DNA of 61,174 nucleotides, counting the filler. It is 5 parts of 5 records of this genome, joined end to end, with 100 filler letters (N's around TTAATTAATTAA, not from the genome) between each part and the next. Parts side by side here need not be neighbours in the genome. Positions count along the whole stretch, not along the records: positions 1 to 18,163 come from SRR31156797_1216; positions 18,264 to 30,940 come from SRR31156797_1219; 3 more parts are not named here. The stretch is one strand, 5' to 3'. Made by a program: the position numbers and the translations under genes. The notes under the pieces were generated by a model, which ran no database searches, was not told where the DNA came from, and was given only the letters and a program-made list of their open reading frames with translations. Of this stretch, positions 9,323 through 18,394 are shown in pieces; position 1 is the first letter of the stretch, and each line of letters begins with the position of its first letter.

Positions 9323-11461
9323 ATGACCTATTTTAATCTTTATGTAGATGGTCAAGAGGGTTTTTATGTCTACTTAGACGAAAATGATGAATTTGAAGTT
9401 GGTGACCAAGTTTTAGTTTTCTTTTCAGGTAGAGAAAGAACAGCATTGATTGTTTCTGAAAATCCTGAAACAGAATTTCAGTTTCGGGTTAATAAATTAA
9501 GAAAAAAATTAAGTTCCGAAATAAAATTTAATAAAGAATTAATTAAACTTTTTCTTTGGATGAGAGAATATTATGTTACGGGTTTTGTCCCTATAATGGA
9601 AACTGTATATCCGAAGAAAGTAAAAATTCAAATAGATAGATTCTATAAACTAGGAAGATCTTTTATCCCGGGAAATGCTAAAGAAGATGAGCTTAATAAA
9701 TATATCAATAAAAAAGAGATAGTTAAAGAAAAAACTATTTTTACCAGATTTGGTAAAGGTTTTATAACTGAGTTCATCTCAAAAGGAATTCTGGAACAAG
9801 TAGAGAGTAAAATTGCTGTTGATGATGAGAAAAATGATTCAGCTACTTCTACAAAAGAGTGGGAGTTTGAAAATAATATTAAGTTAACAGATGAACAAGT
9901 ATTTGCTAAAAATGAAATAATTGATTCAGATAAAAGATTTTACTTATTAAAAGGTATCACGGGATCAGGTAAAACAGAAGTTTATATAGAGTTAATAAAA
10001 GAAGCCCTTAAAAATGATGAGGGAGCAATGTTTTTAGTTCCAGAGATATCACTTACACCGCAAATGATAAAAAGATTTAAAGCGGAATTCCAGGAACATA
10101 TAGCAATACTGCATAGTAAACTGAGTCAAGGTGAAAGACATAAAGAGTGGCTGAACTTGTATAATAATAAGAAACAAATAGTTTTAGGTGTTCGTTCAGC
10201 TGTATTTGCACCAGTTAAAAATTTAAAATATATTATTATAGATGAGGAACATGAAACTACTTATAAGCAGGATAGTAATCCTAGATATAATGCGAAATTA
10301 GTAGCTATCAAAAGAGCAGAGCTTGAAAATGCAAAAGTTATTATGGGATCAGCAACTCCTTCTGTAGAGAGTTACTACTTTGCAGAACAGGGAGTATTTA
10401 AACTTATAGAGATGAATAAAAGATATAATAATGCGAAACTTCCTGATTTAAGATTAGTGGATATGAAAGAGGAAACTGATGAGTTTTTCAGTAAGGAGCT
10501 CTTGAAAGAGACATTAACAAGACTTAAAAAAGGCGAACAAGTAGTGATGCTACTTAACCGAAAAGGTTACTCTACTTTTATTCAATGTAAAACATGTGGT
10601 TACACAGAAGTATGTCCAAACTGCGCCGTATCAATGAATTATTACTTATCAGACAGACAGTATAAATGTAACTACTGTGGGCATTCCAAAAGATACAGTA
10701 ACGTTTGTCCTGACTGTGGAGGAACAGATCTCAAATATTCCGGTAAGGGTACTGAAAAAATAGAAGAGGAACTTGAAAGATATTTTGAAGGGGCCCGAAT
10801 ACTTCGTGTAGATGCTGAGAGTGTTAAGAAAAAAGATTCCTTTGAGAAAATATATCATGATTTTTTAGAGAAAAAATATGATATTTTATTAGGAACACAA
10901 ATGATCTCTAAAGGTTTACATTTTCCGAATGTAACACTTGTAGGAATAATAAGTGCTGATACAATACTTGGATTTCCAGATTTTAGGGCAGGAGAGAAAA
11001 CTTTTCAGCTTGTAAGTCAGGCTGCAGGAAGAGCAGGGCGTGGAGATAAACCGGGGGAAGTTGTTATTCAGACGTATCAACCAGAGCACTATGTTATACA
11101 GAAGATACTGAATGATGACTATGAAGGTTTATATAGGGAAGAGATTGAACAGAGAAAAATATTAAACTATCCACCATTTAGCAGAATAATAAATATAATT
11201 TTATCTGCATTAGACGTTGAAATCTTAGCTGAAAAAGCAGTAGAATTTTATAGAAGGATAGAAGTTGAGGGACTTGAATTTCACGGGCCGATGCCGGCTC
11301 CGATTTCAAGAATAAAAAATAGATTTAGGTATCAGATATTTATAAAGGGTGATAGAAGATCGATCAATAAATTTAAGCGAAAACTTTATGATGAAGTGAT
11401 GGAATTTAAAAGTAACAGTTTAAGAATAACCGTTGATGTTGACCCGATTAATTTAATGTAA
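9323..11461 (+). CDS. priA: Primosomal protein N' (replication restart helicase)
   Basis: GITGSGKTEVY, VPEISLTPQ, DEEHE, SATPS, four CxxC zinc motifs, QAAGRAGRG, DVDPINLM. Confidence 0.96.
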   Translation: MTYFNLYVDGQEGFYVYLDENDEFEVGDQVLVFFSGRERTALIVSENPETEFQFRVNKLRKKLSSEIKFNKELIKLFLWMREYYVTGFVPIMETVYPKKVKIQIDRFYKLGRSFIPGNAKEDELNKYINKKEIVKEKTIFTRFGKGFITEFISKGILEQVESKIAVDDEKNDSATSTKEWEFENNIKLTDEQVFAKNEIIDSDKRFYLLKGITGSGKTEVYIELIKEALKNDEGAMFLVPEISLTPQMIKRFKAEFQEHIAILHSKLSQGERHKEWLNLYNNKKQIVLGVRSAVFAPVKNLKYIIIDEEHETTYKQDSNPRYNAKLVAIKRAELENAKVIMGSATPSVESYYFAEQGVFKLIEMNKRYNNAKLPDLRLVDMKEETDEFFSKELLKETLTRLKKGEQVVMLLNRKGYSTFIQCKTCGYTEVCPNCAVSMNYYLSDRQYKCNYCGHSKRYSNVCPDCGGTDLKYSGKGTEKIEEELERYFEGARILRVDAESVKKKDSFEKIYHDFLEKKYDILLGTQMISKGLHFPNVTLVGIISADTILGFPDFRAGEKTFQLVSQAAGRAGRGDKPGEVVIQTYQPEHYVIQKILNDDYEGLYREEIEQRKILNYPPFSRIINIILSALDVEILAEKAVEFYRRIEVEGLEFHGPMPAPISRIKNRFRYQIFIKGDRRSINKFKRKLYDEVMEFKSNSLRITVDVDPINLM

Positions 11462-11486
11462 GTTATTTTGTAAGAAGGAGAATAAA

Positions 11487-11996
11487 ATGATAATGGATAT
11501 AAGGAAATATGGAGATCCGGTTTTGAGAAAAAAAGCCGAGGAAGTAAAAGAGATTAATGATGAAATTAAAAAAATGCTTGATGATATGGTTGAAACTATG
11601 CATAAAGCAGAAGGCGTTGGTTTAGCAGGTCCACAAGTTGGAATAAACTTAAGAATATTTGTTTTGGATATTCAAGACGGAAAAACAAGAAAAATTATTA
11701 ATCCTGAATTTGTGGAAACATCTGAGAAGATAGTAGAAAATGAAGAGGGATGTTTAAGTATCCCTGGAATTTATAAAAAAGTAAAAAGACCTGAAACAGT
11801 AAAAATAAAATATTTAAACCAAAATGGCGAGGAAGTAATAGAAGAAGCTGATGGTTTATTAGCGCGAGCACTTCAACATGAATTTGATCATCTTGAAGGA
11901 GAATTGTTTGTTGATAAAATTTCACCGGTTGCTAAAAGAATGGTTAGTACTAAATTAACTAAATTAAAGAAAATAACACTTAAAAGTTTAAAATAA
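11487..11996 (+). CDS. def: Peptide deformylase
   Basis: GVGLAGPQVG, EGCLS, QHEFDHLEG. Confidence 0.96.
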   Translation: MIMDIRKYGDPVLRKKAEEVKEINDEIKKMLDDMVETMHKAEGVGLAGPQVGINLRIFVLDIQDGKTRKIINPEFVETSEKIVENEEGCLSIPGIYKKVKRPETVKIKYLNQNGEEVIEEADGLLARALQHEFDHLEGELFVDKISPVAKRMVSTKLTKLKKITLKSLK

Positions 11997-12097
11997 ATTT
12001 TATATACTTTTAGTAATTCACATAAAGCAATTGGAAATAATCAATTAGCAAATTTTATATTATATTTGTATTAAAATTTGCATAGAGGAGAAGATCA

Positions 12098-13045
12098 ATG
12101 CGAGTACTTTTTATGGGAACACCTGATTTCGCAGTACCATCGTTAGATATAATAAATAAAAATCATGATGTAATAGGTATATTCACAAAGATAGATAAAC
12201 CTAATCAAAGAGGAAAAAAAATTAGATTTACACCGGTTAAGCAATATGGCTTAGATAATGAAATAAAAGTTTATCAGCCAAATTCTGTTAAAAAAGAGGA
12301 AACTCTGGATTTAGTCAGAGAGCTGAACCCGGATATAATTATAGTAGTAGCATATGGAAAGATACTTCCGCAGGAATTAATCGATATTCCTAAATATGGA
12401 GTATTAAACGTTCACTCATCTTTGCTTCCGAAATATAGAGGCGCTGCACCGATTCATAACGCAATTATTAATGGTGATGAAGAGACAGGTGTTACTATCA
12501 TGTATATTGCCGAGGAACTGGATGCTGGTGATATGATAATTCAATCGAAGACTCCTATCTACGAAGAGGATACACTTGCAACTGTTCACGACAGATTAGC
12601 TGAAATTGGAGCTGAAGCACTAAAAGAAGCAGTTGATTTAATTGCTGAAGAAGAAGCTCCCAGAACTCCTCAGGATCATTCAAAAGCAACTTTTGTATCT
12701 ACTATTAAAAAAGAGGATACAAGAATAAACTGGAATAATACTAAGGAAAATATATATAATTTTGTAAGAGGAATGAATCCATTCCCATGTTCATTTACAA
12801 CAATGAAAGTTAATGAAAAAGAGAAGATGTTTAAAATATATGCAGTAGAAAAGTTAAATGAAGAGTTTGAAGGTGAAATCGGCGCAATAGTTAAGTTTAT
12901 TAAAAACAAGGGGCCTGTTGTAAAAGTTAATAATGGAGCAGTAATATTAACATCTGTGAAACCTGAGAATAAAAAAGTATTAGCCGGGCAAGATTTAATT
13001 AATGGTAACTATTTTAGTTTAAATGACAGATTTGAGGTTAAATAA
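12098..13045 (+). CDS. fmt: Methionyl-tRNA formyltransferase
   Basis: FMGTPDFA, NVHSSLLPKYRGAAPI, LDAGD. Follows def. Confidence 0.96.
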   Translation: MRVLFMGTPDFAVPSLDIINKNHDVIGIFTKIDKPNQRGKKIRFTPVKQYGLDNEIKVYQPNSVKKEETLDLVRELNPDIIIVVAYGKILPQELIDIPKYGVLNVHSSLLPKYRGAAPIHNAIINGDEETGVTIMYIAEELDAGDMIIQSKTPIYEEDTLATVHDRLAEIGAEALKEAVDLIAEEEAPRTPQDHSKATFVSTIKKEDTRINWNNTKENIYNFVRGMNPFPCSFTTMKVNEKEKMFKIYAVEKLNEEFEGEIGAIVKFIKNKGPVVKVNNGAVILTSVKPENKKVLAGQDLINGNYFSLNDRFEVK

Positions 13046-13086
13046 TGAAAACAGAAAAATATACTTTTAAAATTGGAGGGACGAAA

Positions 13087-13725
13087 ATGAAAGAAGAAAA
13101 AATATCACCAAAGGTAATAGAAAGATTAACTAAATACTTAAGATGTCTTGAAAATCTTCCCCAAGAAGACTATATCTCATCTGAAGAACTAGCTGAAAAA
13201 ATGGGATTCACTGCTGCGCAAGTTAGAAAGGATTTATCAAACTTCGGAGAATTTGGTATCAGAGGTAAAGGATATCAAGTAAGAACTTTATATAGTGATA
13301 TTGAAAAAATATTAGGTGTAAATAAAACTAATAATGTAATCATCCTGGGAATGGGTAGATTAGGAAACGCTCTATTTTCAGAACCTGAATTTACAAAAGA
13401 GAGCTTTAACATTGTAGGGATTTTTGATAAAGCAGAAGATAAAGTAGGAAAAGAAGTTAACGGAATTAAAATCAGAGATGTAAAAGACCTTCCATATTTT
13501 ATGGAAAATAAAGAGGGAATTACAATGGCAATCATTACAGTTCCTAAATCAGTAGCTCAAGAATTGACAGATTATTTAGTGAAATGTGGAATTAAGGCTA
13601 TTCTTAACTTCGCACCTATTCAATTATCTGTTCCAACTGACGTAGTTGTAGAGAATATTGATCTATATGCTAAGTTACAAGAGTTAAATTACTGGAAAGA
13701 AAGAGTTATGGATAAAGCAAAATAG
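13087..13725 (+). CDS. rex: Redox-sensing transcriptional repressor Rex
   Basis: RLTKYLR, QVRKDLSNFGEFGIRGKGY, GMGRLG, ILNFAP. Start placed at ATG 13087 after GGAGG. Confidence 0.95.
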   Translation: MKEEKISPKVIERLTKYLRCLENLPQEDYISSEELAEKMGFTAAQVRKDLSNFGEFGIRGKGYQVRTLYSDIEKILGVNKTNNVIILGMGRLGNALFSEPEFTKESFNIVGIFDKAEDKVGKEVNGIKIRDVKDLPYFMENKEGITMAIITVPKSVAQELTDYLVKCGIKAILNFAPIQLSVPTDVVVENIDLYAKLQELNYWKERVMDKAK

Positions 13726-13763
13726 AATACTAAAATATATTAAAAAAATTTTGAGGAGAAATA

Positions 13764-14621
13764 ATGGACAAGGTAATTAGCGGAAAGCAGTTATCTCTTG
13801 AGATCAAAGAAGAGATAAAACAAGAAGTTGAGAAGTTATTTGGAGAAACAGGTAAAAACCCGGGATTAGCAGTTGTATTAGTAGGAGAAAATCAAGCTTC
13901 AAAAGTATATGTTGGTTCAAAAATTAAAAGTTGTGAAGCATTAGGTATTTACTCAGAAAAACATGATATGAGTGAGGAAACAAGTGAAGCTGAATTATTG
14001 GATTTAATAGCTAAACTTAATGCAGATGAGAAAATTGACGGAATTTTAGTTCAATTACCACTACCTAAACATATTGATGAGCAGAAAGTAATTGATACAA
14101 TTATTCCTGAAAAAGATGTTGATGGATTCCATCCAATCAATATCGGTAAAACTCTTATCGGTGACTCTACAGGATTCAAATCATGTACACCATATGGTAT
14201 CTTAGAGATGTTAAAAAGAAGTGGTGTGGAGATCTCTGGAAAAGATACTGTAATAGTTGGAAGAAGTAATATTGTAGGTAAACCAATGGCTGCACTTCTA
14301 ATAAATGAAAGTGCAACTGTACAGGTATGTCACAGTAGAACAAAAGATTTAGTAGAAAAATGTAAATCAGCAGATCTATTAATCGCAGCAGTTGGAAGAG
14401 CAAAATTTGTAACTGCAGATATGGTTAAAGAGGGAGCTGTAATAATTGATGTAGGTATTAACAGAGATGAAAATAATAAGCTTTGTGGAGATGTTGATTA
14501 TGACTCTTGTTATGAAAAAGCATCTAAAATTACCCCTGTACCTGGTGGTGTAGGACCAATGACTGTAACAATGCTTATGAAAAATACTCTACTTTCTTTT
14601 AAAAATAGAATAGCTAAATAA
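13764..14621 (+). CDS. folD: Bifunctional methylenetetrahydrofolate dehydrogenase/cyclohydrolase
   Basis: ILVQLPLP, KDVDGFHP, CTPYG, GRSNIVGKP, DVGINR, TPVPGGVGPMTV. Confidence 0.97.
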   Translation: MDKVISGKQLSLEIKEEIKQEVEKLFGETGKNPGLAVVLVGENQASKVYVGSKIKSCEALGIYSEKHDMSEETSEAELLDLIAKLNADEKIDGILVQLPLPKHIDEQKVIDTIIPEKDVDGFHPINIGKTLIGDSTGFKSCTPYGILEMLKRSGVEISGKDTVIVGRSNIVGKPMAALLINESATVQVCHSRTKDLVEKCKSADLLIAAVGRAKFVTADMVKEGAVIIDVGINRDENNKLCGDVDYDSCYEKASKITPVPGGVGPMTVTMLMKNTLLSFKNRIAK

Positions 14622-14630
14622 TAATTAATG

Positions 14631-14660
14631 AAATGGCTCTAGTTAATAGAGCTATTTTTT
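14631..14660 (+). terminator. Intrinsic terminator after folD
   Basis: TGGCTCTA-GTTAA-TAGAGCTA followed by T6. Confidence 0.65.
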
Positions 14661-14705
14661 ATTGCTTAAAAAACTAAAAAGAATATCCAGACACATAATT
14701 GGCAT

Positions 14706-14735
14706 TTGACAAAAATTCCTATTGGGTGATATAAT
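14706..14735 (+). promoter_or_regulatory. Consensus sigma70 promoter for the NifB/NifX-like gene
   Basis: TTGACA (14706-14711), 18-bp spacer, TGnTATAAT (TATAAT at 14730-14735). Confidence 0.7.
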
Positions 14736-14825
14736 TATAGAGTAAGGTTTTGTATAAAGCACAGTTTCTAATAATTTTAGATATTATGCAAAGAGCTCAT
14801 TTGTAATTAAAGAGAAAGAGGTGAT

Positions 14826-15167
14826 ATGATGAAAATAGTTGTTGCTTCAAGGGGAAAAAACAGGTTATCTGAAATGCCGGAAAGATTTGGAAAAGCAGAA
14901 AATTTCATAGTATATGATACTGAGGATAATAAGTATGTTGCTTATGAGAATAAGTATTATGAAGCTGATCATGGAGCGGGAGTAAATAGTGTGAAAGAGT
15001 TGTTAAATCATAATGCTGAAATATTGATAGTTAAAAAATTAGGAGAAAAGAGCAGTGAAATTCTAAAATATAGTAATGTCAAAGTATATCAAGGAAAAGG
15101 CAGATATATTTATGAAGAGATAGAGGATTTCCTTAAGGGGAATTTAGATGAAATTAAATTTAAATAA
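14826..15167 (+). CDS. NifB/NifX (dinitrogenase FeMo-cofactor biosynthesis) domain protein
   Basis: KIVVAS...RFGKAENFIVYD...HGAGV...LGEKS pattern of stand-alone NifX/MTH1175-family proteins. Confidence 0.8.
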   Translation: MMKIVVASRGKNRLSEMPERFGKAENFIVYDTEDNKYVAYENKYYEADHGAGVNSVKELLNHNAEILIVKKLGEKSSEILKYSNVKVYQGKGRYIYEEIEDFLKGNLDEIKFK

Positions 15168-15179
15168 AACTTATTATAA

Positions 15180-15219
15180 TTAAAAATCAGAGTCGATTTA
15201 TTTAGACTCTGATTTTTAA
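15180..15219. terminator. Bidirectional terminator between convergent genes
   Basis: TAAAAATCAGAGTC...GACTCTGATTTTTA inverted repeat. Confidence 0.7.
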
Positions 15220-15224
15220 TTCAG

Positions 15225-15779
15225 TTATTTTAATTCAAATTCATATAATTTAGTATAGACTGATCCATGCGGAGTCAGTTCACTTTTGTAAAAAACAATA
15301 TTCTTAACTTTAGTTTTTAAATTAACATCAATTTCTCCTAATTTTTCGGGAAGAGTTTTTTCCTCTTCTAAATTGAGCCTGGTTCGAAGCAGGGTGAAAT
15401 GCGCGTTGAATTTATGAGGAAACTCTTCGTTGGAATAATACTTGTCTGTAACTTCCTCAGTTATTTCAGCGAGGTGCTTAACTTTGGCGATATTTTTATC
15501 AACATCTAACCAAACAACAGAACTTTTCCCTCTTTTAATAAATGCCATTAACCTATGTATTTCAATTAAAAAAGAGCTTTCTTTAATGTTAGCCTCTAAA
15601 TCTTTCATGATGTTTCTAATAACATCTTCATCGATATCATGAAAAAATCTCAAAGTTAAGTGAATGAACTCAGGGTTTACATATTTCCCATCGATATTAA
15701 GCTCTTTTAATTGAGTTTGAATTTTTTCGCAACTTCTTTTAAAATGTGCATCTGTTTCTATTGCAATAAAACCTCTCAT
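15225..15779 (-). CDS. thpR: RNA 2',3'-cyclic phosphodiesterase (2'-5' RNA ligase family)
   Basis: MRGFIAI start, two HxT motifs (HLTL, HFTL), YKSELTPHGSVY. Confidence 0.88.
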   Translation of the reverse strand: MRGFIAIETDAHFKRSCEKIQTQLKELNIDGKYVNPEFIHLTLRFFHDIDEDVIRNIMKDLEANIKESSFLIEIHRLMAFIKRGKSSVVWLDVDKNIAKVKHLAEITEEVTDKYYSNEEFPHKFNAHFTLLRTRLNLEEEKTLPEKLGEIDVNLKTKVKNIVFYKSELTPHGSVYTKLYEFELK

Positions 15780-15883
15780 GTTAATCATCCCCAATTGTTT
15801 TCAATTTTAATTCGAAATATTTTGAAAGTAATAAAAGATATAATTAATTTTAACCTCAAAAAATTTAAAAAGCAAGCAGGAGA

Positions 15884-16774
15884 TTAATGTTTGTAGAACT
15901 TCAGTTCATCTCCCTTTTTATAAATATATTTATCCATTGATTCTATTGATTTTGTTTCCTTAGTTAAAAATGGATTATTGAGTTTAAAAACTTTTCTGTC
16001 AGCAAGTTTTGCTTTAGTAAACATTAACTTAATGGAATTTTGACTATAAAAAACGTCATTAAAACTTCCATCATTAATAGCTGTATTTAATCCCTCCTCA
16101 ATTCGTTTTGATAATAAAAAGTTATTTTTATTAACGAAAAAATACATTGGTGCAAAATATTGTATTAATATCGATTTTTCAACAGTTAAAGAACCATCAT
16201 TAAAGTGTTCTAATTCTCCCCAAGGCTCCATAACTCCTCTGGGAAATGAATCCGTTCTATCTGATTTCAGAATTCTAAAGATACTACTATAGTCTGTAAC
16301 TTTCGTAACGTTAAAACCATTGTATTGCAATATTTTGGTGTCAGGCCAGTCATGACCCTGTGCAAAGTGAAGGTGTTTTAGTTCATCTAGTGATGAAATT
16401 TTTTCAAATTTCTCAGCATTAATTTTATTAATAATTAAAATTCTGTTCCCCATTAATCCTTTTAGTAAAGGGATTCTAATAGCATGTAGCCTTTCTTCTC
16501 TTTCAATAGAGGTCATAGACCACATTACATCAATTAAATTATCCTTTTGAAGCTCTCTAACGATTCTACTCTGAGAAACATCTCGTGTAGAATCAATTAT
16601 TTCATAAGTACCATATTTATCTTTTGTTTTCTCTAGAGCAAGCTCTAAAAGATTTACATAATATTCGTTTCTCATATCATCTTTGAAATGTTTACTAATT
16701 ATCCTGACAGTAGTCACACTATATGAAGATATAGAAAAAATAATTAGTAAAATCAAAAATAAGATTTTTTTCAT
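15884..16774 (-). CDS. Orphan type 2 periplasmic-binding-fold (substrate-binding) protein
   Basis: Signal peptide. IRIPLLKGLMGNRILII, QGHDWPDTKIL, FPRG and YFAPMYFFVNK match an SBP-like family. No transporter genes adjacent. Confidence 0.7.
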   Translation of the reverse strand: MKKILFLILLIIFSISSYSVTTVRIISKHFKDDMRNEYYVNLLELALEKTKDKYGTYEIIDSTRDVSQSRIVRELQKDNLIDVMWSMTSIEREERLHAIRIPLLKGLMGNRILIINKINAEKFEKISSLDELKHLHFAQGHDWPDTKILQYNGFNVTKVTDYSSIFRILKSDRTDSFPRGVMEPWGELEHFNDGSLTVEKSILIQYFAPMYFFVNKNNFLLSKRIEEGLNTAINDGSFNDVFYSQNSIKLMFTKAKLADRKVFKLNNPFLTKETKSIESMDKYIYKKGDELKFYKH

Positions 16775-16867
16775 AACAACCTCCTAAATAACAAAAAATA
16801 ATATTATAATATAATATTTTATCATAATATTAGGAAGTGGTGAAGGAAAAATATTACTTAAAAATAA

Positions 16868-16893
16868 AAAACACTGCATTATAGCAGTGTTTT
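16868..16893 (-). terminator. Intrinsic terminator ending the fez-like operon
   Basis: AAAACACTGC-ATTATA-GCAGTGTTTT hairpin just downstream of the 89-aa gene. Confidence 0.65.
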
Positions 16894-16899
16894 AAAAAA

Positions 16900-17169
16900 T
16901 TATTCTTCAGTTTCTTCTAAAGATTGATTTTCTAACTCTTTTTCAGCAATAAGATCTTCTAGCATCTCCTTGTTTTCCATTAATTCTTCGATAGGCATTT
17001 CTTTGTAATTTGCCTCAACAGAGTTAGGAATATTGATTCCATATTTTTTAAGTTTTTGATTAACTTTGTCTTGGTTTTTTTTGTAAAGATAAAAACCGAC
17101 AGCTGAAACTCCAACACCAGCAAGAGCTCCATAGATAAAATTTTTCTTATCAGTAGTAATATTATACAT
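16900..17169 (-). CDS. Small GxxxG membrane protein, FezA-like (P1B-ATPase-associated)
   Basis: Hydrophobic FIYGALAGVGVSAVGFYLY (GxxxG) plus acidic helix LMENKEMLEDLIAE. AGGAG RBS upstream. Confidence 0.6.
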   Translation of the reverse strand: MYNITTDKKNFIYGALAGVGVSAVGFYLYKKNQDKVNQKLKKYGINIPNSVEANYKEMPIEELMENKEMLEDLIAEKELENQSLEETEE

Positions 17170-17195
17170 AGTTAAATTTCCTCCTTAAATTTTTT

Positions 17196-17954
17196 TTACT
17201 TCATTTTCATTACACAGTATTTCATTTCAGGTTCTTTATTACCTGAAGTGAATTTTGAAAATACTTTTTCTATATGTTCATGATAGTTAGAAACATTTTT
17301 ATGTTTAAATATGGTAACGTCATAAATGAATTTACCAGTTTCGCAATCTCTTAAACGAGTTATTTTATACTCTTTTCCTCCACTATTTATACCAAAAAGG
17401 TGTCTTCCGAAAGTACCAAGCCATGTAACAGCTGAACTATAGACATAATTTCCTTTTAGTACTTGTTGTAGAAGATAGACTATAACGATTACTTCAGGGT
17501 CAAAACTGCCTTTTTCCTTCATTTCTTTCCAAGCATGATCTACAACTGCTCCACCGGTAGTACTTGCAGCTAGTATATTAAGGCTGTTTTGAACATTTAC
17601 ATTTGAACTAAATGGATTTAGGTTATTAGCCCCAGCAGCAAAAATTGACAGTCCGGAATAAAAAACCCATTGTGATAACGGTCTGGTTTCAGGCTTTTCG
17701 AATACTCTAACATGTTCTAAATTATTATCAACAGAAACAGCTGCAATTAATCTGGCCATAACATGCTCAAACTTTCGATGTGAAAATTTAAATTTTATTA
17801 ATATTGTTTTATTTACCGGATTATATCTGTATTCCTCTATATTTTTTTCCTCAAATATAATATTTTCTACTTTCTCAGGTGTTTTAAGTGGCTGAGAGAG
17901 CTTTACTCTTATTCTATTTGGGAGCTTATGGAGTACTGTAATTGAGCATTTCAT
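17196..17954 (-). CDS. HMA2/R-rich N-terminal domain membrane protein (FezC-like)
   Basis: N-terminal VLHKLPNRIRVK (HxxPxRxR) ferredoxin-like domain followed by hydrophobic segments. GGAGG RBS. Directly downstream of the P1B-ATPase. Confidence 0.6.
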   Translation of the reverse strand: MKCSITVLHKLPNRIRVKLSQPLKTPEKVENIIFEEKNIEEYRYNPVNKTILIKFKFSHRKFEHVMARLIAAVSVDNNLEHVRVFEKPETRPLSQWVFYSGLSIFAAGANNLNPFSSNVNVQNSLNILAASTTGGAVVDHAWKEMKEKGSFDPEVIVIVYLLQQVLKGNYVYSSAVTWLGTFGRHLFGINSGGKEYKITRLRDCETGKFIYDVTIFKHKNVSNYHEHIEKVFSKFTSGNKEPEMKYCVMKMK

Positions 17955-17977
17955 TTCAATGACCTCCTACTTGATTA

Positions 17978-18163
17978 TTATCTGCTTTCTAAATCTTCAA
18001 ACAGAAGTCTTAGAGAGTTTGCTACTACTAATATTGTACTACTATTATGTAGTACTGCGCCATAGAAAACCGGAAGAATTCCAATAGCACCTAGAACTAA
18101 ACCAGCGGTATTTATCCCAATAGCTGTCGCAAAATTTTGTTTAACTATTTGCATAGTTTTTTT
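17978..18163 (-). CDS. Heavy-metal P1B-type ATPase, C-terminal 61 aa (truncated by contig end), P1B-6/FezB-like
   Basis: Not in the ORF track. Hand translation: KKTMQIVKQNFATAIGINTAGLVLGAIGILPVFYGAVLHNSSTILVVANSLRLLFEDLESR*. IKQN, HNxxT and NSLRL are P1B-ATPase terminal TM motifs. Confidence 0.85.
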   Translation of the reverse strand, partial: KKTMQIVKQNFATAIGINTAGLVLGAIGILPVFYGAVLHNSSTILVVANSLRLLFEDLESR

Positions 18164-18263
18164 NNNNNNNNNNNNNNNNNNNNNNNNNNNNNNNNNNNNN
18201 NNNNNNNTTAATTAATTAANNNNNNNNNNNNNNNNNNNNNNNNNNNNNNNNNNNNNNNNNNNN
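18164..18263. other. Artificial contig spacer
   Basis: 100 nt: N-run, TTAATTAATTAA (stops in all six frames), N-run. Identical design recurs four times, and composition changes across it. Confidence 0.97.
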
Positions 18264-18362
18264 CGAGAAAAAAGAAATCTCCTACAATGAGAGAGCCAAC
18301 TACTCAGTGAGGGAAATTTCAAGATGGAACGATTTTATAGATTATCACATTCAATTTGGGAT

Positions 18363-18394
18363 TGTAAGTTATGTGCAGCTAAACATAACTTACA
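18363..18394. repeat. Perfect 12-bp inverted repeat with 8-bp spacer
   Basis: TGTAAGTTATGT-GCAGCTAA-ACATAACTTACA. Confidence 0.8.

Noticed and set aside
12048-12081. GCAAATTTTA/TAAAATTTGC inverted repeat before fmt
   Set aside because: AT-rich stem with no U-tract and no recognisable regulator motif. It is not distinguishable from chance here.
14826-15167. NifB/NifX-like gene as evidence of nitrogen fixation
   Set aside because: This stand-alone domain is widespread in non-diazotrophic anaerobes, and no nifHDK is present.
18208-18219. TTAATTAATTAA recurring four times as a possible biological repeat
   Set aside because: Always centred in N-runs of identical total length. It is a six-frame-stop linker added during concatenation.
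18363-18394. Palindrome as an integron attC or Xer dif site
   Set aside because: The GTTATGT and ACATAAC boxes are in the reverse order and too close for attC. The arms point the wrong way and the spacer is 8 rather than 6 bp for dif.
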